Shown here: one piece after another, positions 11,020 to 26,119 of the stretch
Layout: every line of letters starts with the position of its first letter
Position numbering within the stretch: the first letter of the stretch is position 1
DNA from: Octopus sinensis
Lineage: Eukaryota
Direction: 5' to 3'
Length of the DNA: 64,000 nucleotides
Assembly (NCBI RefSeq): GCF_006345805.1
Contig: NC_043007.1
Location: 36,890,001-36,954,000, forward strand
Made by a program: the position numbers and the translations under genes
Notes under the pieces: generated by a model
What the model saw: only the letters and a program-made list of their open reading frames with translations
Told to the model about the DNA's origin: nothing
The model's database searches: none

Positions 11020-12020
11020 AAGAAACGAAGGAGGTGAAGAATAATTAAACGTAGAAGACATTGTTAGTATTGCGATATTGGGTTTGAAAAAGTGTTTTAC
11101 GTTACAAAGAATGAATATTATCTGCGGCTGGAAAAAAAGATACTGAAACAGTAGGAGAATTCAAGAATAGAATGAAGAAAACCATAACGAGTAGCTGGAA
11201 AGAGAAGGAATTACAATGCCAATTCATGCAATATACCGAGGATTTTGGAAGTAAAGCACGTTCGTTGCGGTTGAAGGGCAGAAACCTGATATGAGAAACC
11301 GAATCGCTAATAATAGCTACTCAGGAAGAAGACGTAAGACAGAATATATCAACGATAAAGATTGATACAAGTCAGAGAGGAAATACAGAATCTGTGGAAA
11401 AGAAGACGAAAATATTAACAGTATCTTGAGTGAATGAGAATGCCTAGCACGATAAGAATACAAGCGCTGGCGTGACTACATAGGTAAAAGAGTACATTGG
11501 GATACCAACTGAGTGTGTAGATTCAAAGTAGCAGAAAAAATGGTGTGAAAAAACACGCGCCAGAGGTTGTGACAGAATAAAAATTACAGGGTTTTATGGG
11601 ATTTTCCAATAAATACTGACAATTCAAGAATACCAGGTATGGTTATAGAGAATAAATAAAACAAAGTGTAAGATGAAAGACTTTGCTTATACCATAACGA
11701 TAATAGAATGGGATACCAAAGAAATTGAGAAAATTAAGAAACATACGGACCTAGACAAAGTGATGAATTGTGGAAGACAAGGGCGAAAATTGTTCTTGTG
11801 GTAATTGGTGTATTTAACACAACATTAACACTACAACATAAGAGGCTGAAGGATATTGGAACTGGTATACATATTGGCGGCCTGTACTGAAAAGTGCAAT
11901 CCTGTATTCTACAAGAATACTAAAGACTCTTGAAATTTAAGGAGACTTGTTACCAAATTCCAAGACAATATTCCTGATTATATAGCATGTAATAGATTTT
12001 ATAGCAATAATAATAAGAAT
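11020..12020 (+). mobile_element. Degenerate R4/Dong LINE C-terminal region (zinc knuckle and REL endonuclease)
   Basis: Interrupted motifs ETESLIIATQE, YRICGKEDENI, VLWDFPINTD and KSAILYSTRIL, with a terminal TAA near 11940 and an AAT/GAT tail. Confidence 0.65.
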
Positions 12021-12232
12021 GATTACAATAATGAAGATGACGATGATGACGACGAGGTAGACTACATTGGTAAATAAATAAATGTAAAGATAACTAAATG
12101 AAGCGTGTATTAGTAGGAGAATAGGAATGAACATTCATGTCCACAATATTCAATCATTACAGTAACAATCATTAATTATTCTTTTATTCATTTCTTTCGC
12201 CGGTTCCTAGTCATTGAACTGAAACCGTAACA

Positions 12233-12690
12233 ATGCGACATCTCTCTCTCTCTCCTCTCTCTCTCTCTCTGTATATATATAATATATATATTATATATAA
12301 TATATATATTATATATATTATATATATAATATTATATTACATATATATATATATGTATATATATATGCATATATATACGTATATATATATATGTATATAT
12401 ATATGTATATATATATGTATATATATATGCATATTATATATATATTATATATATATTATATATTATATGTGATATATATATATGTATATATGTATATATA
12501 TATGTATATATATATATATGTATATATGTATATATATTATGTATATATATATATGTATAATATATATAGTATATATAATATATATGTGTGTATATATATA
12601 TAATGTGTGTATATATATTATTATATATGTATATATTATATAATATGTATTATATATGTATATATATTATATGTATATATATATGTATAT
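12233..12690. repeat. Degenerate (TA)n/(TATG)n microsatellite
   Basis: Directly visible. Confidence 0.95.
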
Positions 12691-12694
12691 ATAT

Positions 12695-13111
12695 GATGTG
12701 GAAAATATTCATCAGCATTGCCCAAATGATGTTGGCATCACCTTTAAGGTACATCCAAGGCTTGGACCCGCCCCGTGCCGTCCGCCCCAAACAAAAATCG
12801 CACTCTCATCTCATAACACAATACGGCACAATTATTTCACCTCAATTGGCCCCGCTCTCTTTAACATTACACCGAAAACACATTAACAGAAACTGACCCT
12901 ATAGGGTTCAAGAATCTTTGGACAGATTCCTTCAAGAAATCCCGGATAAACCCCCTACACCCGGATATGTCTCTGTAACCAATAACTCTCTACTTGAGTG
13001 GGCCATAGTGCCCAATTCTGACTTGAATGACTTCACCAGGTGGTGCTATTAAGTTAGACATGGCCTGGGCAATAATGGCCGAAACCTATCAAAGTATCAA
13101 GTATATATATA
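12695..13111 (+). mobile_element. CR1-group LINE 3' end
   Basis: HCPNDVGITFKVHPRLGP...RHNYFTSIGPALFNI...DRFLQEIPDKPPTPGYVSVTNNSLLEWA. The 3' UTR contains GGTGGTGCTATTAAGTTAGACATGGCC. Confidence 0.7.
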
Positions 13112-13135
13112 TAGATATATATGTATATATATATG

Positions 13136-13193
<58 letters not shown>

Positions 13194-13522
13194 ATTATAT
13201 ATATGTATATATATATATGTATATATATATCTGTATATATATATATGTATATATATATGTATAATATCATATGTATATATATATATATGTATATATATAT
13301 ATGTATATATATATATAGTATATATATATGTATATATATATATTGTATATATATTATATGTTATATATATGTATAATATATATATGTATATATATATGTA
13401 TATAGTATATATATATATGTATATATATTATATATGTAATATATATAATGTATATATATATGTATATATATATATGTATATATATATATGTATATATATA
13501 TATGTATATGTATATATATATA

Positions 13523-13564
<42 letters not shown>

Positions 13565-13575
13565 ATATATACATA
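13112..13575. repeat. Degenerate (TA)n microsatellite
   Basis: Directly visible. Confidence 0.95.
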
Positions 13576-13668
13576 ACAGGAAGGTTTACGAAAATAACAA
13601 AGACGAGGCAGGTGGAGTACAAACAAGCAAATGTATTAGTATGGCGCTCAGGATAGAAATAGAACAAG

Positions 13669-13706
13669 TCTTTTACGTTTCGAGCCTATGCTCTTTGACA
13701 GAAAGA
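13669..13706 (-). ncRNA. Minimal hammerhead-like motif in a Penelope-like end (degenerate core)
   Basis: UCUUU-CUGUCAA-A-GAGC(AUAG)GCUC-GAAA-C-GUA-AAAGA. Stems I and II and a palindromic ACGU stem III are intact, but A6 and G8 are altered. Confidence 0.45.
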
Positions 13707-13801
13707 TACACAGAAAAGAAACAAAAGAGAAAAAAAAAGAGAAAAAAATGCGTATATATATACATACATACATACATATATAGATAGGTTTATATATATA
13801 T

Positions 13802-13835
<34 letters not shown>

Positions 13836-14007
13836 ATATATATATATAATATATATATATATATATTATATAAACCTATCTTTATATAGATAGGTTTTGT
13901 TGTTGATAGTCGGCTTGTCAACAGGTTTTGTTCGCAGGCTGTTGTTGATAATAAAATTTGTTTACGTACGTTTTCTCCCTCTCTTTCTATTTCCTTTCTC
14001 TCTCTTG

Positions 14008-14046
<39 letters not shown>

Positions 14047-14628
14047 ACACAACACACACACACACACACATACACATACATGCACATACACACATACGCA
14101 TAGCTGTAGCCAGTGGGGTCAACAGGTTCAAACAAAACCGTCCCCGTTACCCGCAACTCCATGCAAATATAGTCATTATCTAAGATTTATTTTAATTTTA
14201 TGCTTATCGAAAATTTGATGGCCAATGGCGAACCCGAAACCCGTTACCCCATGGTCGAAATCCTGTCCTACCCCTAATACACACACACATACACAAATCC
14301 AAAAAACGGAATGAGAGCGTAACGAACGGCAATAAAAACATACACACAGATAGACGATACAGAAACGGACAGGAATAACCAGAATGGATCATGCGTGGTC
14401 TTCTATTCATCAGTCAAGTTTCCAATTATCATTACAGTTTTAGTCTGTTACACTAGCGACTGTTCAAAATTGGTTGGCCCAAAAAAATCTAATCAAATAA
14501 CATTAATTTTTGGAAGAAAGTGAGCGAAATGACAATACAGACAAGAAAAAATGAGAAAACAGAGAAAATGTTATATGATTATAAATATAAGTAACAATAG
14601 AATATGTATATCTATATATATATATAAC

Positions 14629-14896
14629 TTAGATATGTTTCGACCAAAGATTGGTCCGGGCCATGTCTAACTTAATAGCACCACCTGAAGAAGTTTGTCT
14701 AGATTTCCTTCAAATGTGATGGGATCCTTTTCCTCTTTGATCAGTTTTGGGACAATGTTAATTAGGATAAAACATGTTGAAAAATTTTGTTGCAGTGTAT
14801 TTATGTGTTATGATCCTGAATTGGATAGGGAACATATGGCCTATGGTCCTAGCCTTGGATGAATTAATTCTGAAACTAATGTTGAGGTCGTTTGGG

Positions 14897-14897
<1 letters not shown>
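14629..14897 (-). mobile_element. CR1-group LINE 3' end, same family as 12695-13111
   Basis: Shares GGTGGTGCTATTAAGTTAGACATGGCC...GAAAC and the IHPRLGP motif, in inverted orientation. Confidence 0.7.
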
Positions 14898-14951
<54 letters not shown>

Positions 14952-15319
14952 CACATGTATGTATGTATGTATGTATGTATGTATGTATGTATATTTGATT
15001 GACTGTCTGCAGAAAGAGTGCACGACACCATGGTAAAGATTATAGATTCGGTTTTAGTTAAGTCAATATTTTGTTGCTCTGAGTTTTTCCTGTCGGTGCA
15101 GAGGGTGTTCAGACAAGTCATACATATACATACCTCCCCACGCACACACATATACAGGGTTGGCCAAAAGTTACCCGACAGTAAACCAAAATTCCATAAA
15201 TGGCATTGTGTATATGTATGTGTATATTAATATATATGTATATGTATATATATGTGTATATATATATATATTATATATATATATATATATATAATATATA
15301 TATATATATGCGCAGGGCT

Positions 15320-15525
15320 GTATTTGCCCCCACATCGCTTGTCAGCCTATGCTGGTGTGTTTTGGTCCTCGTAAGTTAGCGGTTCGGCAAAATAGTCCGA
15401 TAGAATAAGTACTAGGCTTACAAAGAAAACGTTCTGGGGTTGATTTGTTCGACTAAAACCCTTTAAGGCGGTGTTCCAGCGTGGCCGCAGTCAAATGATT
15501 GAAACAAGTAAAAGAATGAAAGAAG
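15320..15525 (+). mobile_element. SINE family A, 3' half
   Basis: GCGGTTCGGCAAAA...GGCCGCAGTCAAATGA..GAAACAAGTAAAAGA. Confidence 0.75.
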
Positions 15526-15536
15526 ACACACACTAT

Positions 15537-15567
<31 letters not shown>

Positions 15568-15844
15568 CATACACCTACGAACACGCATATTAGTTCTATT
15601 GAAACATAGACAATCACATATATCTAAGCTGACACTTAGAAGCTACTGTCAACCATTTTCTTGCAAAAGTTAACAAATATGTACTGTACTAGAGAAAAAC
15701 AAAAAAAAAACAAAACAAAGGAACAACAAAAACAAAAAAGGGCTAACGTCACCACCATCACCACCATCACTATCATTGTTACCACCGCTTTCACCTCCAC
15801 CACCACTGCCTTCATCATCATCATCATCATCATCAAACACTTCA

Positions 15845-16069
<225 letters not shown>

Positions 16070-16099
16070 TCACATATATATATATATATATGTAGGTGA

Positions 16100-16137
<38 letters not shown>

Positions 16138-17048
16138 ATATATATATAATATATATATATATTATATATATATATATATATTATATATATGCGTTGCCTT
16201 GATATATATGTATATATATTATATTTGTATTTGTTTGTATGTTGCTCAGGTTTATTTTTTTTATTGGAAGTGAAAAAGACCTTTAGGTCTTTTCTTCCCG
16301 TTTCATTATGAATCTATCATTATTTTTCGTAACTTTGACTCAAATATTTATCAAGTATGTATGTATGTATGTATGTATGTATGTATGTATGTATGTGTGT
16401 ATGTATGTATGTATGTGTGTATGTATGTATGTATGTATGTATGTATGTATGTATGTATGTATGTATGTGTGTGTGTGTTTGTGTGTATGTATGTTTGTGT
16501 GTATGTATGTATGTATAGGTAGCCACTGACTAATGTCTATGAGTGCATGTGTGCGTGTATATGTGTGTCCTGCGTGTATATGTTAGGATGTGCTAAATAT
16601 TTGTACCTTTGATGAAAAAATAAATCACTGTGTGTGTATGTGTGTGTGTGTGCGTGTGTGTGTGTGTGTGCTGGAGCGTGTGTGTATATGCGTGTGTTTA
16701 CGTGCGAGCGCTTTCCAATTTCCAAGCCTGAAGTTGTTATGTGTGTTTCCCCGTACAGGACACTTTCGTCGATTGATAAAACACAAGGCACATGATACGA
16801 AAACTTTCTTGATTCGTTCGTTATCTCAAATAAAGATTTTTTCTCTTTTCTGCTATCTTTCATTCATTTTCTCATTCTCTGCCATTTTCATTTCTTTTCA
16901 TTTTTCGTTTTTGCTTCTTCCTTATAGTTTTTCAAGTTCTATTTCTTTTTCATCTATGTGGTGAACACACCACAGAGCTTCCAAGCGAAGCCATGGCGGC
17001 GAGGGTGGTGGTGCTGCTGCTGTTATTATTGTTTTGCTGCTGCTGCTG

Positions 17049-17098
<50 letters not shown>

Positions 17099-17114
17099 GC
17101 TACTGCTGCTGCTG

Positions 17115-17146
<32 letters not shown>

Positions 17147-17226
17147 TCTACCGCTGCTGCTGTTGCTGTGACTGACGTTGCTGGTGACAATAGGTGCTGG
17201 TGGTGATGTGTGTGCGTTTTGTTTTA

Positions 17227-17286
<60 letters not shown>

Positions 17287-17301
17287 GATATGTCCATATG
17301 C

Positions 17302-17335
<34 letters not shown>

Positions 17336-17419
17336 TACTCTCTCTCACACACACACACACACGCGAACACACACACGCACACACACATACACATACACGC
17401 ACACACACACGTATAATCT

Positions 17420-17945
17420 TTTATCTTTCACCTGTTTCAGTCATAAGACTACAGCCATGCTGGAGCATCACTTTGGAGTATTTTAGTTGAACGAATCGAC
17501 CTCAGTACTTACTTTCTTAAAACCTCGTATTTTTTCTGTCGGATCCTTTTGCTGAACCACTAGCTTACGGGAACGTAAACATAACAATACCTATTTCTTT
17601 ATTACCCACAAGGGGCCAAACACAGAGGGGACAAACAAGGACAGACATAGGTATTAAGTCGATTACATCGACCCCAGTACGAAACTGGTACTTAATTTAT
17701 CGACCCCGAAAGGATGAAAGGCAAAGTCGACCTCGGCGGAATTTGAACTCACAACGTAACGCAGACGAAATACCGCTAAGCATTTCGCCAGGCGTGCTAA
17801 CGTTTCTGCCAGCTCGCCTATACCGGTTGTCAAGCGGTGTCGAGCGCGCGCGCACACATACACACGCAACACACGCAACACACGCACGCACTTACGCGAC
17901 GGGCTTCTCTCAGTTTCCTTCTACCAAGTCCTCTCATGAGGCCTT
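17420..17945 (-). mobile_element. Old SINE A copy interrupted by SINE B1 (17592-17819)
   Basis: The family A body resumes at TACCGGTTGTCAAGC. There is a 5-bp ATACC duplication at 17587-17591 and 17820-17824. Confidence 0.75.
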
Positions 17946-18029
17946 ATATACAGTATTTTATTTGGCATCCTGTTTGTCTCGGGAGAAAATGGAGTTGCGC
18001 ATAAAATAATCTTGTCCGGTTTTTACATT

Positions 18030-18545
18030 TCATGTCCTAATACATCTCCTGCTGTGGCTGTGTAGTCCTAACCTGGACAAACACTCCCTCTGGCAGGTGC
18101 CGCAAATGTAGCGAAGACTTTGCCTGGCTGGTTGTAATGTCATAGTTTCTTGTTGACGTCTTTTCTTGTCTTTCCATTTCTCCTCTCTCTCTATGTCACT
18201 CCTATGTCTTCCCTCTTTTACGGTACGTCTCCAACCTCCACGGTTGCTGGCAACTGCTTCCCAGTTGCTAATATTGATGCCGCAGACCTTCATGTCCCTT
18301 TTGCAAACATCTCTGTATCGTAAGAACAGTATTCCCACAGACATAGTGCCCCCAGCAAGCTCTCCGTAGAGTATGTCCTTGGGGATTCTGTCATCTTTGT
18401 ATACGACTAACATGTCCAAGCTATCTGATACGTCTTTGTGTGAGGAGTGCAAACATGCTTGGTATTCCTGCTTGCTTGAGGACATCTTTGTTGGGGACAC
18501 GATTCTGCCATTTGATGCCAAGGATTTTGTATATATACAGTATAT
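18030..18545 (-). mobile_element. RTE-clade LINE ORF2 3' end
   Basis: ILGIKWQNRVPNKDVL...DDRIPKDILYGEL...LRYRDVCKRDMK...YICGTCQRECLSRLGLHSHSRRC (C-terminal C2H2-like motif of RTE). Confidence 0.9.
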
Positions 18546-18659
18546 ACAAGCTGAATTTGGCAGTTTGCATAAAAGGAAAATGAAACAATATCTGATCCAA
18601 AAATGAAAGCATTTTTAAAAAATCAAAAAAGATCAACTAGATCGTGCCTGGGAGATAAC

Positions 18660-19090
18660 AGTTTACACAAAATAGCCGCCCTCGGCTTCCACCATGACTT
18701 CAAGACGCCTCTAGAACATGGCATGTCTCTGGGAAGAGTTTCGAACACCTCATTAACCAACAGCTCGGTCCTCGTCTTCCAGGCAGTAGAGAGCATAAGA
18801 AAACCTGAAATTGGGGCTGATGTAGTCGTAGAAATTCTCTGATAACCATTTCTGACTCATCCTAAAGTATGGCAAGGTACTGAATCCGGCCGCCATATAT
18901 ATATATATATGACCTTCCGGCAGCGACCATCTCCAGTCAGGGTTTGATTAGTCTCCGTCAGTTTCGCATAGTTGTCTGAATTGAGCCTAAGGCCCTGTTC
19001 AAATGTGTGAGGTGACATGATGTTACCCTCTTTGGAGACACACCCAAAGGGCATCGCAGTTTGGTGAAACTTGGTTATCATGACGTCCAC
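18660..19090 (-). mobile_element. Tc1/mariner-superfamily transposase remnant (catalytic C-terminal part)
   Basis: GCVSKEGNIMSPHTFEQGLRLNSDNY...WRPDSVPCHT...WLSENFYDYISPNF...VMVEAEGGYFV*. Confidence 0.75.
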
Positions 19091-19399
19091 GTCACGATTT
19101 ACAGCCTTTACAATGTTCAAAGAGTATTGAGCAGCAGTGATGGTGTTGGCGTTTTAAAACCCGGTACAAACCATCACGGTACAGTTAACACCTTTTCAAT
19201 TTTCAGAAGGCTTTCAGTCCTTCATGTCAGTGAACTTTTTCTCAGCTGCAACTTTAATCTTTATGCTTTCCAATGCTGTTCAACAATACACGAAACCGTT
19301 CCTAAAAAAAGGAAACAAAAAAATCGTCAAAGTTGGCTCGATGACCATGTATACACACACACACACACACGCACACACACACACATACACATACACACA

Positions 19400-19442
<43 letters not shown>

Positions 19443-19569
19443 ACACACACATACACACACACACACACATACATATACACACTCACACGTATGCACTATG
19501 GCCATATGAATACGTGTGTGTGTGTGTGTGTGTGTGTATGTAAATATAAAATGAAAAAAATAAATGCTC

Positions 19570-19805
19570 CCTTTTAAAGCCTAGCCAGGCTCATGGGCCC
19601 AGTTTTCCCGGTTTCTATGGCGTATGTGTTCCCCAGCTGGACGGGACGCCAGTCCATCGCAGCGTTACTCATTTTTGCAAGCTGAGTGGACTGGAGCAAC
19701 GTGAAATGAAGTGTTTTGCTCAAGAACACAACGGTCCAGGAATCGAAACCACAATCTTACGATCATGGTGCTAACACCCTAATCACTAAGCCACGCGCCT
19801 CCACA
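19570..19805 (-). mobile_element. tRNA-derived SINE family F
   Basis: GGAGGCGCGTGGCTTAGTG head, GGTTTCGATTCC B box and CTTGAGCAAAAC core. Confidence 0.8.
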
Positions 19806-20104
19806 TATGTAAATATATATGTTTGTATATATGTGCATGGTATGTATGCATGCATGATGTGTGTATAATGTGTATATGTGTGCATATATAGTAATGTCAG
19901 TGTGTAGATAACAGATGTACAACGAATAACCATAACGTTGTCGTTGTTAGACATCATTTTTATCACAAAATAATAAACCTATTTAGTGAGGATTATAAGT
20001 AGGTGATTTTAAAAGCTATCATCGCGTTACCATGATGCACTTGCGTGTTTGTGTATGTCCTTTGTGTAGTGAGTGGGCGTGAATGTGTTGTATACACTTA
20101 GTGG

Positions 20105-20485
20105 AAGCACTCCGTCGGTTACGACGACGAGGGTTCCGGTTGATCCGATCAACGGAACAGCCTGCTCGTGAAATTAATGTGTAAGTGGCTGAGCACTCCA
20201 CAGACACGTGTACCCTTAACGCAGTTCTCGGGGATATTCAGCGTGACACAAAGAGTGACAAGGCCGGCCCTTTGAAATACAGGTACAACAGAAACAGGAA
20301 GTAAGAGTGAGAGAAAGTTGTGGTGAAAGAGTACAGCAGGGATCACCACCATCCCTGCCGGAGACTCGTGGAGCTTTAGGTGTTTTCGCTCAATAAACAC
20401 TCACAACGCCCGGTCTGGGAATCGAAACCGCGATCCTACGACCGTGAGTCCGCTGCCCTAACCACTGGGCCATTGCGCCTCCACA
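20105..20485 (-). mobile_element. tRNA-derived SINE family E (shares its 3' half with family D)
   Basis: A box TGGCCCAGTGG and B box GGTTTCGATTCC. The 3' ~190 bp are homologous to 7225-7640 once the B1 insert is removed. Confidence 0.8.
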
Positions 20486-21309
20486 TGTTGCATACACTAC
20501 ATTACACTATACTGCACACACACACACACACACACACAACACACACACACACACACACAAACACACACACTCTCTCTTTCATACACATACACACTTATAT
20601 TTTACATGCAGATTACACTGCGGATCACTTCCTCCATTAGCTATCGACGGCAGTTCACAATGATTCCGGCATCTTGAAACAGTACCCTCATCATCATATA
20701 TACCCTTCAGATTTTAGGCTCTTCCTTTGTCTTATATATCCACACCATATTGTTTTTCCAAGACAATCAAATAGACAACTAGAAACCACCCCCCTACAAC
20801 TTTTTTTTAGTCAAGTCAGAATAAGACCAGGATGTCACTTCGTCGTTGCAATGTCGCTTGAGAACATAAGCGCCTCCTTTAAATCCATCTATACGCCTTC
20901 CAACACTTGTAGCATCATTCAGATTCTGTTTCCCCGTTTTCCTTAATTTACACACCATATTACTTCTATAACTCACCTTATGAAAATAAATAAATAAAAA
21001 CTGAAAAAGAAAATTACCAGTTAGTATTTATCCACATTGCACGATTCTGTCTTACATCAGCAAGGACACCCAAGGAAAGGTTATTCTCCCGGTTGGCTCC
21101 TTTTTCCATAGCATTCTTTAGCATAGCTTCTTTGCTCATCTATCGCCTATGTTGTCCATATGCATTGACTCATTAAACCCAGCTGTTTTAGTCGCACGAT
21201 CTTCTCTAATTTTGCTAAATACTTTGATCGCACTATTTCATCTGCTTTCGCTATTCACTTAGGACACCTATTTGTTCTGTCCCAGTCCTGTGCGTGAGTT
21301 CTACATTGT

Positions 21310-22490
<1,181 letters not shown>

Positions 22491-22985
22491 GAGTGTGAGA
22501 GCAATGCATGCCCTCAAAGTGACACTGGGGTAAAATATACGAAGCCAAATATACCCATCATGACTACCCGTCTGATAGGGCTACTCCAAGCACGTGCATC
22601 ACAACTATCTGTGCTCGATACAGTGATCTTATATGAAGACAAACAGTGCATGACCTTGTACGTGGGGCCCAGTTAGAATTTTCTTCAGGTTGAGTAACCC
22701 ATCCCGCTCAAAAGGTCTCTGAATAAGGTTTGTTTAAGGATGATGAATGAAACACCTGTTTCCAGAGGTGAATTATTCAAGCTCTCAACACATAGCTATG
22801 ATGCTCCCCCACTACTTCTGCTCATGATCAGAAATGTACATATCGTTAGCCATTAAGGAACATGCTTAAGGTCAAACAACTGCTTAAGGTCAAACAAGCA
22901 GCATTGAAGAGAATATTTGCTGTAGCACATCTTTTATACCAAGATAAAACAGGGCATTGCTCCCCCACTACTTCTGCACGTGACC
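22491..22985 (-). mobile_element. (AAT)n-embedded element, partial and rearranged copy
   Basis: Reverse complement of the 4853 unit, followed on its own strand by the long (AAT)n at 22386-22490. Confidence 0.8.
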
Positions 22986-23080
22986 TTCTTCTTCTTCTTC
23001 TTCTTCTTCTTCTTCTTCTTCTTCTTCTTCTTCTTCTTCTCCTCCTTCTTCTCATTATTATTATTATTATTATTATTATT

Positions 23081-23633
23081 GAGTGAGAGAGCAGTGCATG
23101 CCATCAAAGTGACACTGGGGTAAAATATACGAAGCCCAATATACCCATCATGACTACCCGTCTGATAAAGGTACACCAGGCACATGCATCACAACCATAT
23201 GTGCGCGACATGGTGATCTCATATCAAGATAAACAGCACATGACCTTGCAGGTGGGGCCCAGTTAGAATTTTCTTCAGGTTGAGTAGCCCATCCCGCTCA
23301 AACGGTCCCTGAATAAGGGTTGTTTAAGGATTTTGAAAGAACCACCCATGTTTCCAGAGGTGAACTATTCAAACCCCAAGAATCCCTCTCAACACATGGC
23401 TATGATGCTCCCCCACTACTTCTGCTCGTGATCAGAGATGCACATATCGTCAGCCACTAAGGGACATGCTCAACTGGTTAAGGTCAAACAACTGACAAGC
23501 AAATCTGTGGTATTGAGCAGAATATTTGCTGTAGCCCATCTTTTATACCAAGACAAAACAATGTACATGATAACACTTCCAATCAGTTAAGATCAGAAGC
23601 CATGAGAGCCACTGCCTGGTACTGCACCAGGGC

Positions 23634-23637
<4 letters not shown>
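23081..23637 (-). mobile_element. (AAT)n-embedded element, full-length copy
   Basis: Starts AAATGCCCTGGTGCAGTACC and ends CTCTCACTC. (AAT)n lies on both sides. Confidence 0.85.
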
Positions 23638-23709
<72 letters not shown>

Positions 23710-24494
23710 TTCGCTCGTTTAGTACTGAATTTCTCACACATGTGTATTATGTGCTCATAAAGATGTCCTTCATAAATAGAGGGTACAACCACAAGATTGC
23801 TTTCCTCTTCTTAACACTTTTTCGATATGGAGCAGTAGGTGGTGTCCTTCGTATAAACACTCTTCTCGCTGAATCCCTTTTCTGGCTAGCAACTTGTAAC
23901 GGGAGGGAATATGCTCTATCGAAAATATCCCTGTCCGAGGATTGATTGTTAAGTCTCCTACTCCTCACCCAGTCACCAGGTTTCTTGATATAAATGGGGA
24001 TAACTGGAAATATTTGCATCTTTACATTCTGTCTATTTCGTTTCATAAGTGTGTTGTGCTTACATATGACAAAATCTAATATAGTGGAAAGTTAGCTATC
24101 GTTAGCCTGGTACTAAGTTACACTTAAGCCAAACTACTCGAATACATCTACCAAGTTCTTTCTAAATATGTTTATGACATGGTTATTTATATTTCGGAGG
24201 GTTGTTAGTCCATCATTTCAGTACAGTCCTGAGTACTGGAGTGGCGGTGGGAAGACTGTTTTCCAGAAGAGTCAAAAATGAACAAACTCATGTGTTCAGT
24301 TACCTCCATAGCTCTCCATCAGGGTGTCGAACAATAGAAATTGCAGTAGTATAATAATGATTCCTTGGCGTTCATTATTAATTATCTTAATGTCTACATT
24401 TTGATAAATTGTTTCCCCAATCCGGGGCTTTTAGGATGAGAGGTTTACTTATAGATTGATAAAATTCCGCAATGTCTAAATGGATAAATTTTTC

Positions 24495-24958
<464 letters not shown>

Positions 24959-24960
<2 letters not shown>

Positions 24961-25250
24961 AGCAGTATCGCTCAGTGTTGCACGGGTTTGTTTCGACCCT
25001 CTAGAATTGGAATTTTTGAAAAGTAAAAATTTTGCATTATGTAGCTTGTTATTCGTTTTAAGTGAACAGTTTTCTAGTTGAAATACACCGAAAAATGGCG
25101 ACATAGCAGTGAAAAATTCATAAGAAATAGGGATTTTCATAGAAAAAAGTACCTTTTGATGTAAATAATTTTTTGTGTTAACATGGTCCGATTTGAATTT
25201 TTTTCTTCTACGGAAGGAAGAGCAAGCCTTCTATCATACTCTCAATTTTG
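24959..25250 (-). mobile_element. Helitron 3' end
   Basis: CTAGCAGTATCGCTCAGTGTTGCACGGGTTTG is a diverged reverse complement of the hairpin+CTAG end at 51795-51824. The 5' limit is uncertain. Confidence 0.65.
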
Positions 25251-25349
25251 GTCAACTTGCGCCGCAGGGTCTCGCAGGAGATAGTGTTAGTTGAAGGCTA
25301 CCAATCCTGCCATACACAGACAACTTCAGCTTATATATATAGAGATATA

Positions 25350-25395
<46 letters not shown>

Positions 25396-25415
25396 TACAT
25401 TTGTATATATATATA

Positions 25416-25458
<43 letters not shown>

Positions 25459-25550
25459 TACATTTATATAATATATATATAATTATATATATATATATAT
25501 ATATATATAAGTAAGTATATATATGCATATATATATATGTATATATATGC

Positions 25551-25582
<32 letters not shown>

Positions 25583-25713
25583 ATATATATATATACATAT
25601 CTATAGTAAGTATATATATGCATATATATATATGTATATATATGCATATATATGCATATATATATATGCATATATATACTTACCTATATATATATATATA
25701 CATATATATATAT

Positions 25714-26052
25714 GCGTGTATATGGCTCAGTGGTTAGAGCGTCGAGCTTACGATCGTGAGGTTGTGAGCTCGAATCCCGGACCGGGCTGCGTGTTGTGTT
25801 CTTGAGCAAGACACTTTATTTCACGTTGCTCCAGTTCACTCAGCTGTAGAAATGAGTTGCGACGTCACAGGTGCCAAGCTGTATCGACCTTTGTCTTTCC
25901 CTTGGATAACACTGGTGGCGTGGAGAGGGGAGGCCGGTATGCATGGGCGACTACTGGTCTTCCATAAAAAAACAACCTTGCCCAGACTTGTGCCTCAGAG
26001 GGTAACTCTCTAGGTGCAAACCCATGGTCACTCATGACCGAAGGGGGTCTTA
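25714..26052 (+). mobile_element. tRNA-derived SINE family C
   Basis: A box TGGCTCAGTGG and B-box-like GCTCGAATCC. Homologous copies lie at 30242 and 63492. Confidence 0.88.
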
Positions 26053-26077
26053 AGATATGTATATATATATATATATA

Positions 26078-26117
<40 letters not shown>

Positions 26118-26119
<2 letters not shown>

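Noticed and set aside
16990-17175. Kozak-like GCCATGG with a signal-peptide-like ORF MAARVVVLLLLLLF
   Set aside because: It runs straight into (CTG/CTA)n repeats and has no domain. The opposite-strand ATG gives only 14 codons.
25714-25790. tRNA gene
   Set aside because: The A/B boxes belong to SINE heads continuing into SINE bodies. No complete cloverleaf.
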